Assembly: GCA_000165425.1 (NCBI GenBank)
Contig: CT868665.1
Span: 1 to 64,000, forward strand
Origin: Paramecium tetraurelia
Lineage: Eukaryota
Direction of reading: 5' to 3'
DNA: 64,000 nucleotides
The position numbers and the translations under genes are program-made. This document shows positions 13,164-26,702 of this stretch, in pieces. Below the pieces are notes generated by a model. That model worked only from the letters and a program-made list of their open reading frames with translations, ran no database searches and was not told the DNA's origin. Numbering within the stretch: the stretch's first letter is position 1; each line of letters opens with the position of its first letter.

Positions 13164-16100
13164 ATGCAAATTGGAAAATTTAAATTAGATCATTTGGTTG
13201 AAAAAAATAATGAATGCATAATTTATAGGGGTAGTGATTAAGAGGATAAATTCATCATAATATAATTGAATCGTGTAATTAGTCAAATAATATTTTAGTA
13301 ACCATTATTGAAGGTTGAATTGTTTAACAAACATTTCCAAGAAGAACTTAAAATGTTATTCAAATATTGTTAGAAGCCAAAAATAATTCCTACAGATTTT
13401 CCATTTCAAATACCTGAATCTGAAACTCTGGATTCAGAGTTAATTGAATTTCCTTCAATAATTGAAATACATCAAACAGAAACCCATTATTATTTCATCT
13501 TAGCCAATTGTCTACAGGGTTAAATATTAAATTAGGACGTTGATCATCCAAAGTATATCAGTACTGATATTATATTATAGAACATTTTTACAGATTTACA
13601 CACTTTATGATTATTATTATTAAGAATACTTAGAAGGAAAAATAAAAGATCGAGATTTTGCATTAATGAGAATATTCAGGAGCCAAGATAAATTGACATT
13701 GATAGATTTTGGTTTTGCATGTTTGTAAAAATAATTACCCAAAAAGCCTTGGTAAGTGAAATTAGGTGAACTCTTTAACAGTTTGACATAATTCAAAGCA
13801 AAATTAAAAGGAAAAAATTTAATAAATACTCTGTTGGCAGGAAAGATAAAATGGGAAGAAATTAGAGATTTTATCAGCATCTCCTTTGGATTGAACGAAA
13901 TCGATTAATCTCTCTAAGAAAATTAGAGTGATCGAAATAGTAAAATTACTAGATAAAATTCAATTCATACAAAACAATAAACTTAAACATTGAGTATGTT
14001 CCCATAAGAAATTATTACCTTAAATTAAAATTCATCTAGAAAAGCCTCTCCATATAACCATAGCCAAAAATAATAATCAAGAAATTCCACTATGATGTAA
14101 ACTAGAATTATATCTTATGGCAATTAATAGAAAGAGCACTTTTAAAAAATAAGATAATCATTGAGTCCAGGATTTAGTGCAACAAATAGATATCCTTGTA
14201 GACTCTTTTAAATTGAACAGAATACATAATAGCCAAGTCCATAAGCAAGATCAGTTTCAAGGAAAGCATAACATTTGAGCAACAATTAAAAGCAACCTAT
14301 AACCAAACCTTTAGAAAACTAATTTGAATATAGGAACAGATCAACTCCAAGAGAAGAAATTCAATATGAATAAAATTAAATACAACAGTTAATAGGAGAT
14401 TAATATTTACCAATACAAGAATAATAGAAATAAATATAAAGAAAATTAATTTCCATTACAACAAATTAGTCCTAATATGAAGCATCTTCATATGCACCCA
14501 CTTTGATTCAAAGAGGATAATCATTAAATGAGAAATAAGATGGGTAATTCTAATAAAACAATCATGAACTTAGACCTAAATCAAGTAGGACTTAAGATTA
14601 AAAATAAGAACTCAAAACACTCCTTAGAACATCTACTAGAGAACTGCAACAACCTGGTTAAATAAATAAGAAATCTACTTAAGAATATCCAGCCAACAGA
14701 ACGATAAATTATTCAGATACATAATCATTATTTGATAATTTAGAAATTAAATAAGTCAGAAAACCACAATCAAGAAGAAATTCTATAAGAAAAAGCAGCA
14801 CTAATAGTATAGAAAATATAGAGTTATCAAATGGTAGTACTGCAAACTAATAGAGATTAATAATTAACAACAATTTATAGAATAATCGTTAGATGTTCAA
14901 AACCCCTAGAGATCAAAGGTAAATGCAGTATTCTTTTCAAAATTCTCCTATCGAGAACCCACATATAAAAAAGCAAAATCCAATAATGGCATAATAATAC
15001 CAAGATGAAGTTTAGAATTTTTAATAAAAATCAAAAAAAAACAGTGCAGAAGAAGATAATGATGAGGTTTGTAGTTATCAGCCCTCTTTCGAATAACATT
15101 AAAATAAATCCAAAAATTAGGAAAATGTCGTATTAATCAAGAATAATAAATAAAAAGATATTGAAATTGAAAAATATATTGATAATGTTGAACAAATCTA
15201 GTAGAATAAACAATATCAATTCCAAATGTCAGAAAAAAATGAAATTCCTTCATTTTGTTAAGAAAAATAGAAAACAAATAATCAAGAAATCATCTCTTAA
15301 TAACAGAGAACATAAAATGAAGCTTAAATCATTAAATCTCCTAATTAGGATTAACGTATTACAGTTGAATCTGTTGATGAATATTATAAATAACCAAAAA
15401 TAAAGAAATAAAACTCATTTAAGTTGCCTCCAACTCCAAAAACTGATAAAGCAACAAAGGAGTAATTTAAAATTGAATTATAACAAAATAATTATTTATA
15501 AGATAACCAATAAAAGTAAAAAAGTATTCAATAAAATGAAAATGTGTAAAAATTATAAAAAATTGAAGACTCTCCGAAATCAATCAAAAGAATAAATCTA
15601 AATGATATTGAAGTTGCTCAATTGAACATTTAAGAAATAAAGGTAAAATTAGATGAAAATGAAGCCAGAAGAATTGCGTAAATATATGAAAATTAACTAA
15701 AGTAATTATTTTAATATAAATAAGAAAGTATGATATAATAGGTAAAATGGTTGGAGGGAATGTAAAATATTTTTAGGCTTTAAAAAATTTTTGGATAGTT
15801 CCATTATTTTTATGTTTCAAAAGAATGGTGAGTTTTAGGAAATTATATGAGGAAGGATTAAAAGAGAAAGTAAATTTTTTTGACCTTGATATGGAGAAAG
15901 TAAATTAAGTAGATAAGATAAAAAATCTAGAAACTAAATTAACAAATGATAACAAGATAGTTGCATCAGAATTGGAATCCTTATACCTATAATGTTAAAA
16001 GACAGCTTAAAAATTTGAACCTAAAGTAATTTATAGATCGAAATTTATTATAGGAATTAGCAAAGATCTAAAAATTTTTAAATATGGACTTACAATAAGA

Positions 16101-16413
16101 CATCAAAGACATTTATTTTGTTTATTTGTACACTTAAATATTTCGGACTTTATAAAATCTAAGAATCAAATGTGAATCAGATAATCAAAAAACAAAGGAA
16201 AATTTGGTATTGTAAGCCAGTTGTCTAGCATCATTAATAATAAGTGAAATGCCTTTCAGCAGTGATAAGAAGTTCTTTGATTTAGATGAATTTGAAAAAG
16301 TTACTGAGAGCTAATAATATAATTAACAACTTTTAGAACAATATATAAAAACAAAGGATGAAGTCATTGGACATCTCAAAAAAAGATTGATCACCAAAGG
16401 AATAAAGATTTGA
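13164..16413 (+). CDS. Large protein with a degenerate N-terminal kinase-like domain and a long Q/N/S-rich tail
   Basis: MQIGKFKLDHLVEKN...KIKDRDFALMRIFRSQDKLTLIDFGFACL; intron at ~13553-13580; 3' exon structure is approximate; TGA at 16411-16413. Confidence 0.65.
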
Positions 16414-16597
16414 ATGATTATTATATATTTTTTCTAAAATTTGATCATAATTTAAGGGTTGAGGATAAGCAAAATAGAATTATTTTAATAAAGAAATTTC
16501 TGTTAGAATTGAATGTTTGATTTATTCATAAGTTTCTATTTAATTGAATAAAAACATAAATTTTTTTAATAAAGGTTAATAAATAATTTCTTCAAAT

Positions 16598-18987
16598 ATG
16601 AGTTATCAGTATGGCTAATAAATGGGCTAATACCCCTATGATCCAAATATGAATATGGTAAGATTATATTTAATGTTAGATGGGCTTTGATCCTTAAATG
16701 TATTAAGAATATGCCTACTATTATTTAGGAGGACCACCTACTCCCCCTCCTCCTAAGGGACCTTACCCAGGAATTACTCATGAAGATTATGAGTCATTTG
16801 ATATTAATAAACAAATTTTGTTTTAAAGATTTTTAGGTGAGACAGCAGCCTATTATGCCAAGCACTTACCAAAATATTAAAAAGAGATGGAGGAGTTTTT
16901 AAATACCAATACTGCTTATCAAATGAATGAGTCAGAGAAATAACTTATGCAAAGCTACTTGGATTTTAAGAAAAAAGAAAAGGAGTATGAATCTTTTCTG
17001 AAGTAATTGGAGTAATAAGCACTGAATCCTGAATTAGAACAATAAAAAAAATTAGAATAATAAAAATTAGAGCAACAAAAGATTGAATAACAAAAGTTAG
17101 AGGAATAAAAGAAGCAACAGCAATTGGAATAATAGAAATAATAATAATAACAATAATAATAACAACCATAATAAGAATAACCTAAAGAAGGAGCTACAAC
17201 TGCAGTTCGTCCAAAAAAGAAGTTAAACTTAAATGCAAAACCATTAGAAATTGCTTTAAATCCTCCAAAAATGCCAAACTTCCCAAAACATCCAGACTTT
17301 TTAGATTTTGATAAATTTTGGAATAACTATTCAACATATATCAGTTTATATAATCCAAGTTGTGAAGATGAGTATAAAAATTATCCAAAGCCAGAATAAT
17401 TGAAAAAGAAGGAAGCTGATGAAGAAGCTAAAAGAAAAAAGAAACAAGAGGAAATTGAAAGAGCAATTAAAAGTATAAATTAGTTTTCATTATTATAGAA
17501 CGTCAAGATGCTTAAGAAAGAGCTAAAGATAAACCAGCTTAATCCGTAAATCTTGTGGAACAAGTCGTGAAGTTGGAAGGAGAAGTGGATTTGCAGAAAT
17601 ATGTAGATGTAAGAATTAATTGTAAACTTAGCCTGATGAAACAAGACAGCCAGTTAATTTAGTATTTATTGGACATGTAGATGCTGGTAAATCTACCCTT
17701 TGTGGAAGGTTGTTATTAGAATTAGGTGAAGTGAGTGAAGCAGATATTAAAAAATATGAATAAGAAGCAGTTTAAAACAATAGAGATTCATGGTGGCTAG
17801 CTTATGTTATGGATCAAAATGAAGAAGAAAAATAAAAAGGAAAGACTGTTGAATGTGGAAAAGCCTAATTTGTTACTAAACAAAAGAGGTTTATTCTTGC
17901 TGATGCTCCTGGACATAAAAATTATGTTCCTAATATGATTATGGGAGCCTGCTAAGCTGATTTAGCTGGTTTAATCGTTTCAGCAAAAACAGGAGAATTT
18001 GAATCTGGTTTTGAAAAAGGAGGTCAAACCTAAGAACATGCCTTATTAGCTAAAAGTTTAGGTGTTGATCATATTATTATTATTGTCACCAAGATGGACA
18101 CAATCGATTGGAACTAAGATAGATTCAATCTGATATCATAAAATATCTAGGAGTTCGTACTTAAATAATGCAAATTTGATAATATTTACGTAATTCCTAT
18201 TGATGCTTTATCGGGATCAAATATTAAAAGCAGGGTAGATGAATCAAAATGTAATTGGTACAAAGGCCCATCATTGATCGATTTAATTGATACTGTTTCA
18301 ATTCCAAAGAGAAATGAAGAAGGGCCAATTAGAATGCCAATTTTAGATAAATTTAAGGATATGGGTTCTTTATATATCTATGGTAAGTTGGAATCTGGTA
18401 AGATTATTGAAGGATTGGATGTTTCAATATATCCAAAGAAGTAACCATTCCAAATTACTGAATTATATAATATGAAAGACCAGAAAATGAAGTATGCTAA
18501 AGCAGGAGAAAATATCAAAATTAAAGTAAAGAACATTGAAGAAGAAGAGATCAAGAGAGGATATATGATGTGCAATTTAACATCAAATCCATGCTTAGTA
18601 TCTTAGGAATTCTAAGCTAAAATTAGGCTCTTAGATTTACCAGAGAGCAGAAGAATATTTTCAGAAGGTTATTAATGCATTATGCATCTTCATTCTGCAG
18701 TTGAGGAGATAGAAATTTCATGCGTTGAGGCAGTAATTGATGCTGAAACTAAGAAATCAATAAAATAAAATTTCCTCAAGTCATTCAATGAGGGTATTGC
18801 TAAGATATCAGTAAAAAATATTATTATTTTAGATTAAAAATCCTGTTTGTATGGAAAAATATGAAACCCTAGCTTAATTAGGTAGATTTGCTTTGAGAGA
18901 TGATGGAAAGTATTAAAAATAATTTATTATTTTAGGACAATCGGATTTGGTGAAATTTTAAAAGTGAAACCAGTTAAATAAGGTTGA
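16598..18987 (+). CDS. eRF3: Eukaryotic release factor 3 GTPase (Sup35/GSPT)
   Basis: [89 protein letters not shown]2-like [10 protein letters not shown]; five tiny introns (first at 16658-16679). Confidence 0.93.
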
Positions 18988-19190
18988 TTTTGATTTTTTT
19001 TTATTTTAAAAAGTACATATGTAAACAATAATCCATAGCTTATATATCATATATATATAATTTGGTTATAAAGATTTTCTTATTCATTTCTTAAGTAAGA
19101 CATTAGAGAGTGATTAATGAATAAATTTATATTGACAAAGAAATTATGCTAAATTTGTTATAAGATTGAATATTATTTTTGAATAATAAT

Positions 19191-19958
19191 ATGATAAATG
19201 ATTCTGAAAGCGTGAATGAGATTATTGAAAAAATAAACAAAGGATCTTCAGTGCCATTTACAAAGTAATAACTTAATTTTCGGAAAAAAAAAGGAGGAAC
19301 AAAATACTAATTTTCATCAATCGCAAAATTTGCTATAGTTATGCAATAGATATTTTTAGTGTTTGGGACTTTATATTTGGCATCTTAGAAGGTAATTTAT
19401 CGAATTCCTATGGAATGTTATCTGATTTACAATCATTCTTTATGCAAGGTCGTATTGACAAGTATTTATGTGCTCGTGTTTTTGAGAATTGCTAGAAACC
19501 TTATTAAACTCTATAGGAAAAAGGAAAAGTAAAGCAAGTATTTCTTTCATAGTTACTTATTTAATTGCGATATTACTCTATAGACTTTTAGGTATTATTT
19601 GGGAATTAAAGCACACATTATTTTGTTGTTTGCAATACAGTTTTTGATTGAGAATTATTTGCTCATAACAGCTACATAATTATGGAGTAATTAAATTAAT
19701 GAGAGTTTTGGTACATACTTCATGATATCGATTTTGATGCAAATATTAATTTGTGATATTACTTATGAATATTTTATGATATATTCAGGCAAATATGGTG
19801 TGGCTGATAGCAAACGAAGTGCTATTGTGATTAACAAATAAAATATTTTTGAAGCATTTTGTAAATTAAAGTTATTGAGTTATTGCTCAAAGTTTTGGTA
19901 GCAAACAAAAGAGAATTATTACATTTATACAAGAAAGAAGGGAATTCCATTGTTTTGA
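19191..19958 (+). CDS. Putative multi-pass membrane protein (exon structure uncertain)
   Basis: Hydrophobic segments FAIVMQQIFLVFGTLYLA, VVLTSIYVLVFLRIA and TYFMISILMQILIC; one frame change I could not resolve. Confidence 0.4.
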
Positions 19959-20078
19959 CATTTTAATGTTCAGATATAAGAAACCTAGGCATACATTAGG
20001 GAAATACGAATGGATGCACTATGATTTTTTATGTTAATAAATATATTTTTTATATCAATATTTTACAAATATTTTTAT

Positions 20079-20735
20079 ATGATGAATATTTCAAGTAAGC
20101 AAGACATCCCTTCATTTGTTAAAGAGTAATTAAGAAAATAAACAATAAGTCCAGAGCCATAAAAGCACAGATAATTAAATTTTCATCGAAGATTAACAAG
20201 TTCTTAGTTGGATGGGGGAATTTGCAACAATAATGTTACTTAAAAGAAATCGAATAAACAAATGTCAAGTACGAATTTAAATATTACAACATTAGTGCAT
20301 GGATTATAACAATTATTAAAGACTAGTCCTTACAATAAATTAATACAACAGAAATCGTAATCGCAAATGTTGATTCAAGAAAGCTTCTCTCAACAATATC
20401 TCAAGGACACAAGTGCCGCCTATACTCCAAATCAATAAGGATCTCTCTAATAAAACTTCTTTCATAAAGTTGGTCTCTCGTAAAATTCAACGATGTCAAG
20501 TAGTGTAAAACCTCGAATGAGAAGTGCAAATAAGGAAATCTTGAGAAGAAAATTAGTAGCTGAAACAACGCAATTGCTTTCTAATAGGGAAAAGGACAAA
20601 CAAATCATATCCTAGTTGCAACAAATTATTATTCGCACTAATTCTCTGCTATTGCACTATTAAAATGAAATTCAAAAGCATATTTCAGAAAAGGAAGAAT
20701 TAATTAAGTAGATTAAATAATTATAATCTTCATGA
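20079..20735 (+). CDS. Uncharacterised protein with C-terminal coiled coil
   Basis: MMNISSKQDIPSFVKEQLRK... 657 nt continuous in code 6. Confidence 0.7.
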
Positions 20736-20810
20736 TATTTGTTTTAATCAGCTCTTTTTTGTCTATATATAAATAATTTAACGTAATATTTTTAAAATTA
20801 ATTTTCTAAA

Positions 20811-22456
20811 ATGGCTCAACTTGACATAAACAAAAAAAAAACAAATGAATTTACATATACGGAAATATTGGAAGAAGTTAATATTCATGTTTATATTAGA
20901 ATAATATGTTAAAACGCAAACTTTAGGATTTGGTGAAGCAAATCAAACAATTTGAATAGGAAAGTAAAGGGCTGCAATATGAGAATGAAATTTTACAAAA
21001 ATGCTTGGCTTAACAAAAGAATAATACTTAATAAGAATAAAAAAATAAATAAGTGGAGGATTAAATTGCTCAATTATAGGCAATTCATCAAAGAGAAAAA
21101 GAATACTGGATAAGAGATCAATAAGAACAAGTGAATCGAATTAAATAAGTATAGGAGTAAACCAAGAGAATATTATAAGATAAGATTGATCATCTTGAGA
21201 AGGAGAATGAATTTTTATAGATGGAGCTTGAGAACAATAAAACGATAATTGAAAATTATGAATTTTAAATTGAATAAAGTAATGGCTTATTATAAATTAG
21301 TTTAATAAAATCATAAGGCTGAATCAAGTAATTTATAGAGGGAATTGAAATAAAAATAATACAGTATAGATGAATTAAAATTTTAAATTCAGGAATAAGG
21401 AATGATATCTTAAAGAAGTAATAATAATTAGGAGTTGTTAAATAAATTAAAAGAAGCAATGTATATATAATTGAATTATAATTTAGAGACGAATTGAATA
21501 AGTGCAAAAAAATCATATCTAATCAACAATATGAAATTTAATTATAATGTAGACTCTTTGATGAATTAAGACAAGATTACTAAAAGAAATTATGTAAAGA
21601 ACGATCTAAATCCTAAATGAGTTTCAAAGCAGCTCAAGAGGTCAAAAATGAATATGAAAAGAAATACTGTAATTTAATGGAACAGATAATTAAAAACCAA
21701 ACCTCTAGAAGTTGCAATGCTTCTTTTAAACTATTACCAAGTTCGATGGATTAGACTATGAATAACGATTTTTCAAGAATTTCTAATAATTAATCTAATA
21801 ATATGTATGTTTGATTGTAGTAATTCATTTTAGTGGAGGATTGAGTGCTATCAACAAAGCCTTAAGCGATTCTATTGATGATTATGAAAAGAGTATATTG
21901 AATAATATATCTGGAAATGTAACCAAGAGAAAACCTAGCAAATCCGAATGGGAAAAAAAGTAAAAAGGATAGTAAAATATCATGATAAGTGTTACTCCAG
22001 AAAATTAGATGCGCCCTCAATCTTAATAGTAGGAAATATGTATGATATTTGTTATCATGTATAGTTTCACCCAAAATATCTCAAAAGAGAGCCTAGTCTA
22101 TTCATTCAAGCAAGGGTATAAAACAGTATACATTCAATTTATGCGAATACAATGAATCTCGCAATTCAAATGATTCTGATCAATTTTATAGTTAATGCAC
22201 TCAGTAGACAAGATAGAGCAAGCTAACATTGAAGCCATAGAAATCTAATAATGATGTGAAAAGGAATTCAAAACATTAAAAATCACTTTCTACCTATAGG
22301 AGTGTCAAGGATAAAGAAAATCTTTAGTTTACTATTCCAGAGGAGAATCAAAAGATAAACAGTATAAATACTAGCAAATAGTTATAAATTTTGGAAGATA
22401 AAAATGAGAGATTGGATACTAATACAAAATTTAACTCTTTATTAAAAGTAATTTGA
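20811..22456 (+). CDS. Uncharacterised coiled-coil protein
   Basis: MAQLDINKKKTNEFTYTEILEE, intron, then NNMLKRKLQDLVKQIKQFEQ...; TGA at 22454-22456. Confidence 0.7.
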
Positions 22457-22505
22457 ATATGCTAATACATTTATTTTTACAATTTAATTTATTATCATAA
22501 ATTTT

Positions 22506-23789
22506 ATGTCTAAGTAAAGCTCTTTCTTAGCAAATCCTTTGAATGATAGTTCAAATGATTTTAATGCAAAAGGCTATATTAGTGATAATCAGTCCAATTC
22601 AGGACAAGATGTAGATGACTGTCCAAAAAATCCTTTAGAATCAGATAATGAAGGAAATGAATCAGCAGTCTTATAACATTTAATAGATAATGAGAGTATG
22701 TGATGATGAAATATATTTAGAAGAAGATTCCTCTTCTAGAAGTGATGGCGCTTCTAACCCAATGATGGAAATGGATCCTGTCTCTTTAGAGAATGTAATC
22801 AACTAAAATTTTGCATCTATTGGATAGCAATATCATGTTTGTTAAACAATTGTGGATTGTAATAAGACGATTGAATTGCAATAGGATTAGAATCCTTTAT
22901 ATTCTTGTGATGAATTGTTAGACCCTAGATAAAGTAATAAAGAAAAATCAAAAGATATAATCAAGAATTTTGAAAGTTAGCTGCAATAACTTTAAAAAGA
23001 GAACTAGCTATTGAAAGGTAAAATTTTCTTTTTAATTGACTCAAAGTTCAACTAATAGAGAAGGACATGAATTTTAGTGAGAAAGCATAATTGAAAGATA
23101 AGGAATTAGCAAATTTGAATGAATTGAATAAAAATCTCAATGCAGAGAATGTTTAGATGAAAGGAGAGATGTAGAAATACAAAAATGAAATTTAGTCTTT
23201 AACATAAAAAATTAATTAACTTTAAGCTGAAAAATTAAAATATCATAGATCTAAAACAGGAGCTGAAACTACAAGAGGATATGATGTTTAAGTATTAATT
23301 AAACAATTTAAGGGATTGCAAAAAGGTATCAGTTTAAATGATTAAACGATCACCGCCACTTTGAGTGCTAATCATTTAGAAATAAGGAAGATTCCAACAA
23401 CAAGTATTGATATACCATGTCCTTTTTCCGCAAAATAGAAGTAAGACTAAAGAAATCAGTTCGCTTTTAAGAATGGGAAACCTGATACTAATCATCTAAT
23501 AAGTATTTGAGTATTTCTAATTTCTAAGCTGAGCAATGTGATACTTAAAGACTGCGGAAGGGACCCAAAAACTAAAGATCCCTATAAGATTTAATTTACA
23601 AAGCATAAATAGGGATTGCATTTTCGAGACCAAATAGTATAATTGCTAAATACATAATAGCTACTTCCTTGTAAAAGGCTTAAGGTTTAGGGTAACTATT
23701 TTTTGAAAGTAAATCAGCAAGAAACAATCAGTAACAGACTTAGTTAGTCCCCAAACAATGATCTCCCAGGTTATGATGAATTACGATGA
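22506..23789 (+). CDS. Uncharacterised acidic/coiled-coil protein
   Basis: MSKQSSFLANPLNDSSNDF... with several GT-AG mini-introns; TGA at 23787-23789. Confidence 0.65.
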
Positions 23790-23815
23790 ATTATTTAATT
23801 AATTTATAAATAAAA

Positions 23816-25161
23816 TCAAATTATGCTAATCCATTCGTGGGGTTTTCCACCAGTTTATATTTCATTTAATTGTTAATATAATTGATGAGTTAGTTCCCCA
23901 GAATTCAGATTCGGATTATACTTAATTTCATAGATTTTATCATTGAGACCGATAGCCTCGATTGGTTATACCATAACTCCTGTTCCACATCCAAACATCT
24001 CAATCATCTAAAAAAATAATATTATGGTTTACTCTGCCTTCTGCTATAGCTTCCACAACTTCTTAAATGTAGACTTTTCTCTCTGTAACTTTAAACTTAT
24101 TCAATTATTTTGCCAAATTCTAAAATTAGTGTAATTATAAATACGAGGATTGAGTCTCTAACAACTCCTGGAAGTATGGTCCCATCTAACATGGGTGTGA
24201 TCAATTCATTTTCGCCTTATTTATTTTTCCAATAGAAAAACAAATTACACACACCCATCTCCTAAACCAAACCATCTGGAAGTAGCCACAAATTTTAATG
24301 GAATCCAATCTTTTAGACCTCTTTTAATGGTAACACAGTTGGAGCATAATTCCCAGCAACTTTATATTCTCCAACTCCTCCCGGGTAAGATCGTATCTTT
24401 CATAAAATAGTATGTCATACAGTAATTGTATTACAGAAGACACGAACAGGCTTTAATCCTGATGGGAAATAGGGTCCAACTGGGCAAAGCACAACAAATA
24501 ATTTAGCTTTACTCGAAGCTCTCACTCCCAAAGCCTCTTCTGTAGCTATCAGAGTGGGTCGAATATAACAGCTAAACCCAGGATGATCTGGAATCCAATC
24601 TTAGTCTACTTTAATCAATGCTTCTATGCATTTTTATAATTCATGTCCATCAAAATCTGGTAGAGATAATCTCTTTGCTGAATGCTTCATTCTTAACATA
24701 TTGCAATCTAATCGAAACACTCTTATGGTATTGTCTGGGCCCTTGTAAGCCTTTTAAAGTATTGTTATATATAATCAATACTTTAGAGCCTTCAAAACAT
24801 TCGATTGCATAATGCAAACAAGATGAAAATGGATGAAGTTCTAGGTTTTTGAATGGAACTATCATAGGCCTCGACCAACTAATTGTCAGTATTTGCTTTA
24901 CCCCATTTTATCAGACCAATCAATTTCTAATAGATGATCGGTGTGGAAGGCACCAAAGGTCATAATCTTTGGATCACAAGGAGGTTTTGTAATATAGTGC
25001 TGAGTGTGAAGTATTTTTAAATCTCTAGCCTGATTTTGAGGTTATAATTAGAAATACCTAGAAGGATGCATGAGGAGAACTCAAATCCATATTGGCATAA
25101 TACGAGAACCTATAGAAATTCTATGATAGTAGTAACGTAATACTTTGAATACGGATCTCAT
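23816..25161 (-). CDS. BCAT: Branched-chain amino acid aminotransferase, mitochondrial-type
   Basis: MTFGAFHTDHLLEIDW, LHPFSSCLHYAIECFEGSK, LYIRPTLIATEEALGV, KVAGNYAPT, LPGVVRDSIL, EMFGCGTG. Confidence 0.92.
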
Positions 25162-25226
25162 TTGAAGATTATTTAATTGATGTTTATAAATCATGTATCT
25201 AATAGTTTATAATTTATATATTAAAT

Positions 25227-26618
25227 TCAATTTGATAATTCGAATCGTCTAAACTTAGATTTATAAAACAATATAAAGTATAGTTAAAATGGAGTAAGAA
25301 TTAGTAAAGATAACCAAATTCCATATTGTAGGATTGTTGGCAATACTAATATATAATTTAAAGCAAAGCCCAAGACCTAAGTCTATTAGTGAATAGTACA
25401 TTTGCTATTCCCAAAATCCAAGTGCTTACAATCAAAGACTTTAATGGATATAGCTTCTCGACGAATGCCTCAATGGCTATTGGATAAATAACATTCAACC
25501 CTATTCCACTGAAGATGTTCAATATAATCAAAAGCCAAAAGGGTAAGTAGGAGATAAGAAAAGCCTACAGAAGTAAAGCCATGAAACCCAGCAGAGTGGT
25601 GTACCGTATGATGGTATCGTAATCAGGTTATTTCCCTTATCTTGCTTGCTAATCTAACTTAAATGAAATCCATATTCCAGCGATAATCCCCGACCCTGTA
25701 AAAAATATGCCAGTAATTCCTATCTCCAATTAGGTATAACCAAAAGGATATAATTGAAGAGCGATAACAGAGATGTAAACCCAAGAAATTCCTATAAACA
25801 TGGCAAAAGCCAAAAGATCCAATGAGAATTCTTCGATTCTAAAAATGTCAAAGAACTATTAGAAAAACTTTACATTTTCCTATAATTTGTTAAATTAAAT
25901 TTGTACCTCTCCACTTCTGGTTCTTTGACTTATCCTTCTTATGAAAAGAAAACAAAATGGGACACAAATAGTATTTAAAATTGCAATAATAAAGTTCATT
26001 TCTTCAATTTTGACATTGATAACTTCTTAATCGATTAGATCCCAAAACTAAAAAGATGAATATGTGTAGGAAGCCATGATTCCGGCGAGAGTAGCATAGC
26101 TTCCTAGACAAGTGGCCAAAGTGCGATCATAAGCAGTAAACCAAATTTCCGATAAATCTACAATAACCTAAGGTTAATAATTACAAACAGGAACTGCCAA
26201 AAATAAAGCTTCACTAACTCCAATAAAGAAATATCCAACCAAACACATGAAAAAGCTTTGTTTCCCTACCCATATTATCCAAGCTCCGGCTGCTGTCAAT
26301 ATTGAGGATACTTATAAACATAAATCAAGTCTTTTCTCTATTAGAGGAATAAAGGGAGGTCCGAATACAAAAAATGTTATATAATATATATTTCCTATCC
26401 AATACAAATCGTTAGCATCTATATCATAGTAGACTGCTGCATTTAACCAAACTGGCGAATAACTTACAAAACCAAGCACATTTGCAAATCTATGAGAAAA
26501 TTCAAAAAGTTTACGCTAAGAAAATATAAGCAAATAAAACGAACCATTTCATCTTTTTGGACTCTTAGGGTGAAACTTATTCGTTATAAAATATTTCAAC
26601 TTGATTGCTTTTAGACAT
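25227..26618 (-). CDS. MFS transporter, FLVCR/SLC49-like (tandem copy 1)
   Basis: KWFVLFAYIFLAFANVLGFVSYSPV...LYWIGNIYY; many TM segments; ends YKSKFRRFELSN-TGA. Confidence 0.8.
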
Positions 26619-26702
26619 TTTGTTCTTGAATAAAATAGATTAATCTGAAATTTAATATATGTTTTAGTTATTTTTCTAAAATTAAATATTAGTCATTATT
26701 TG

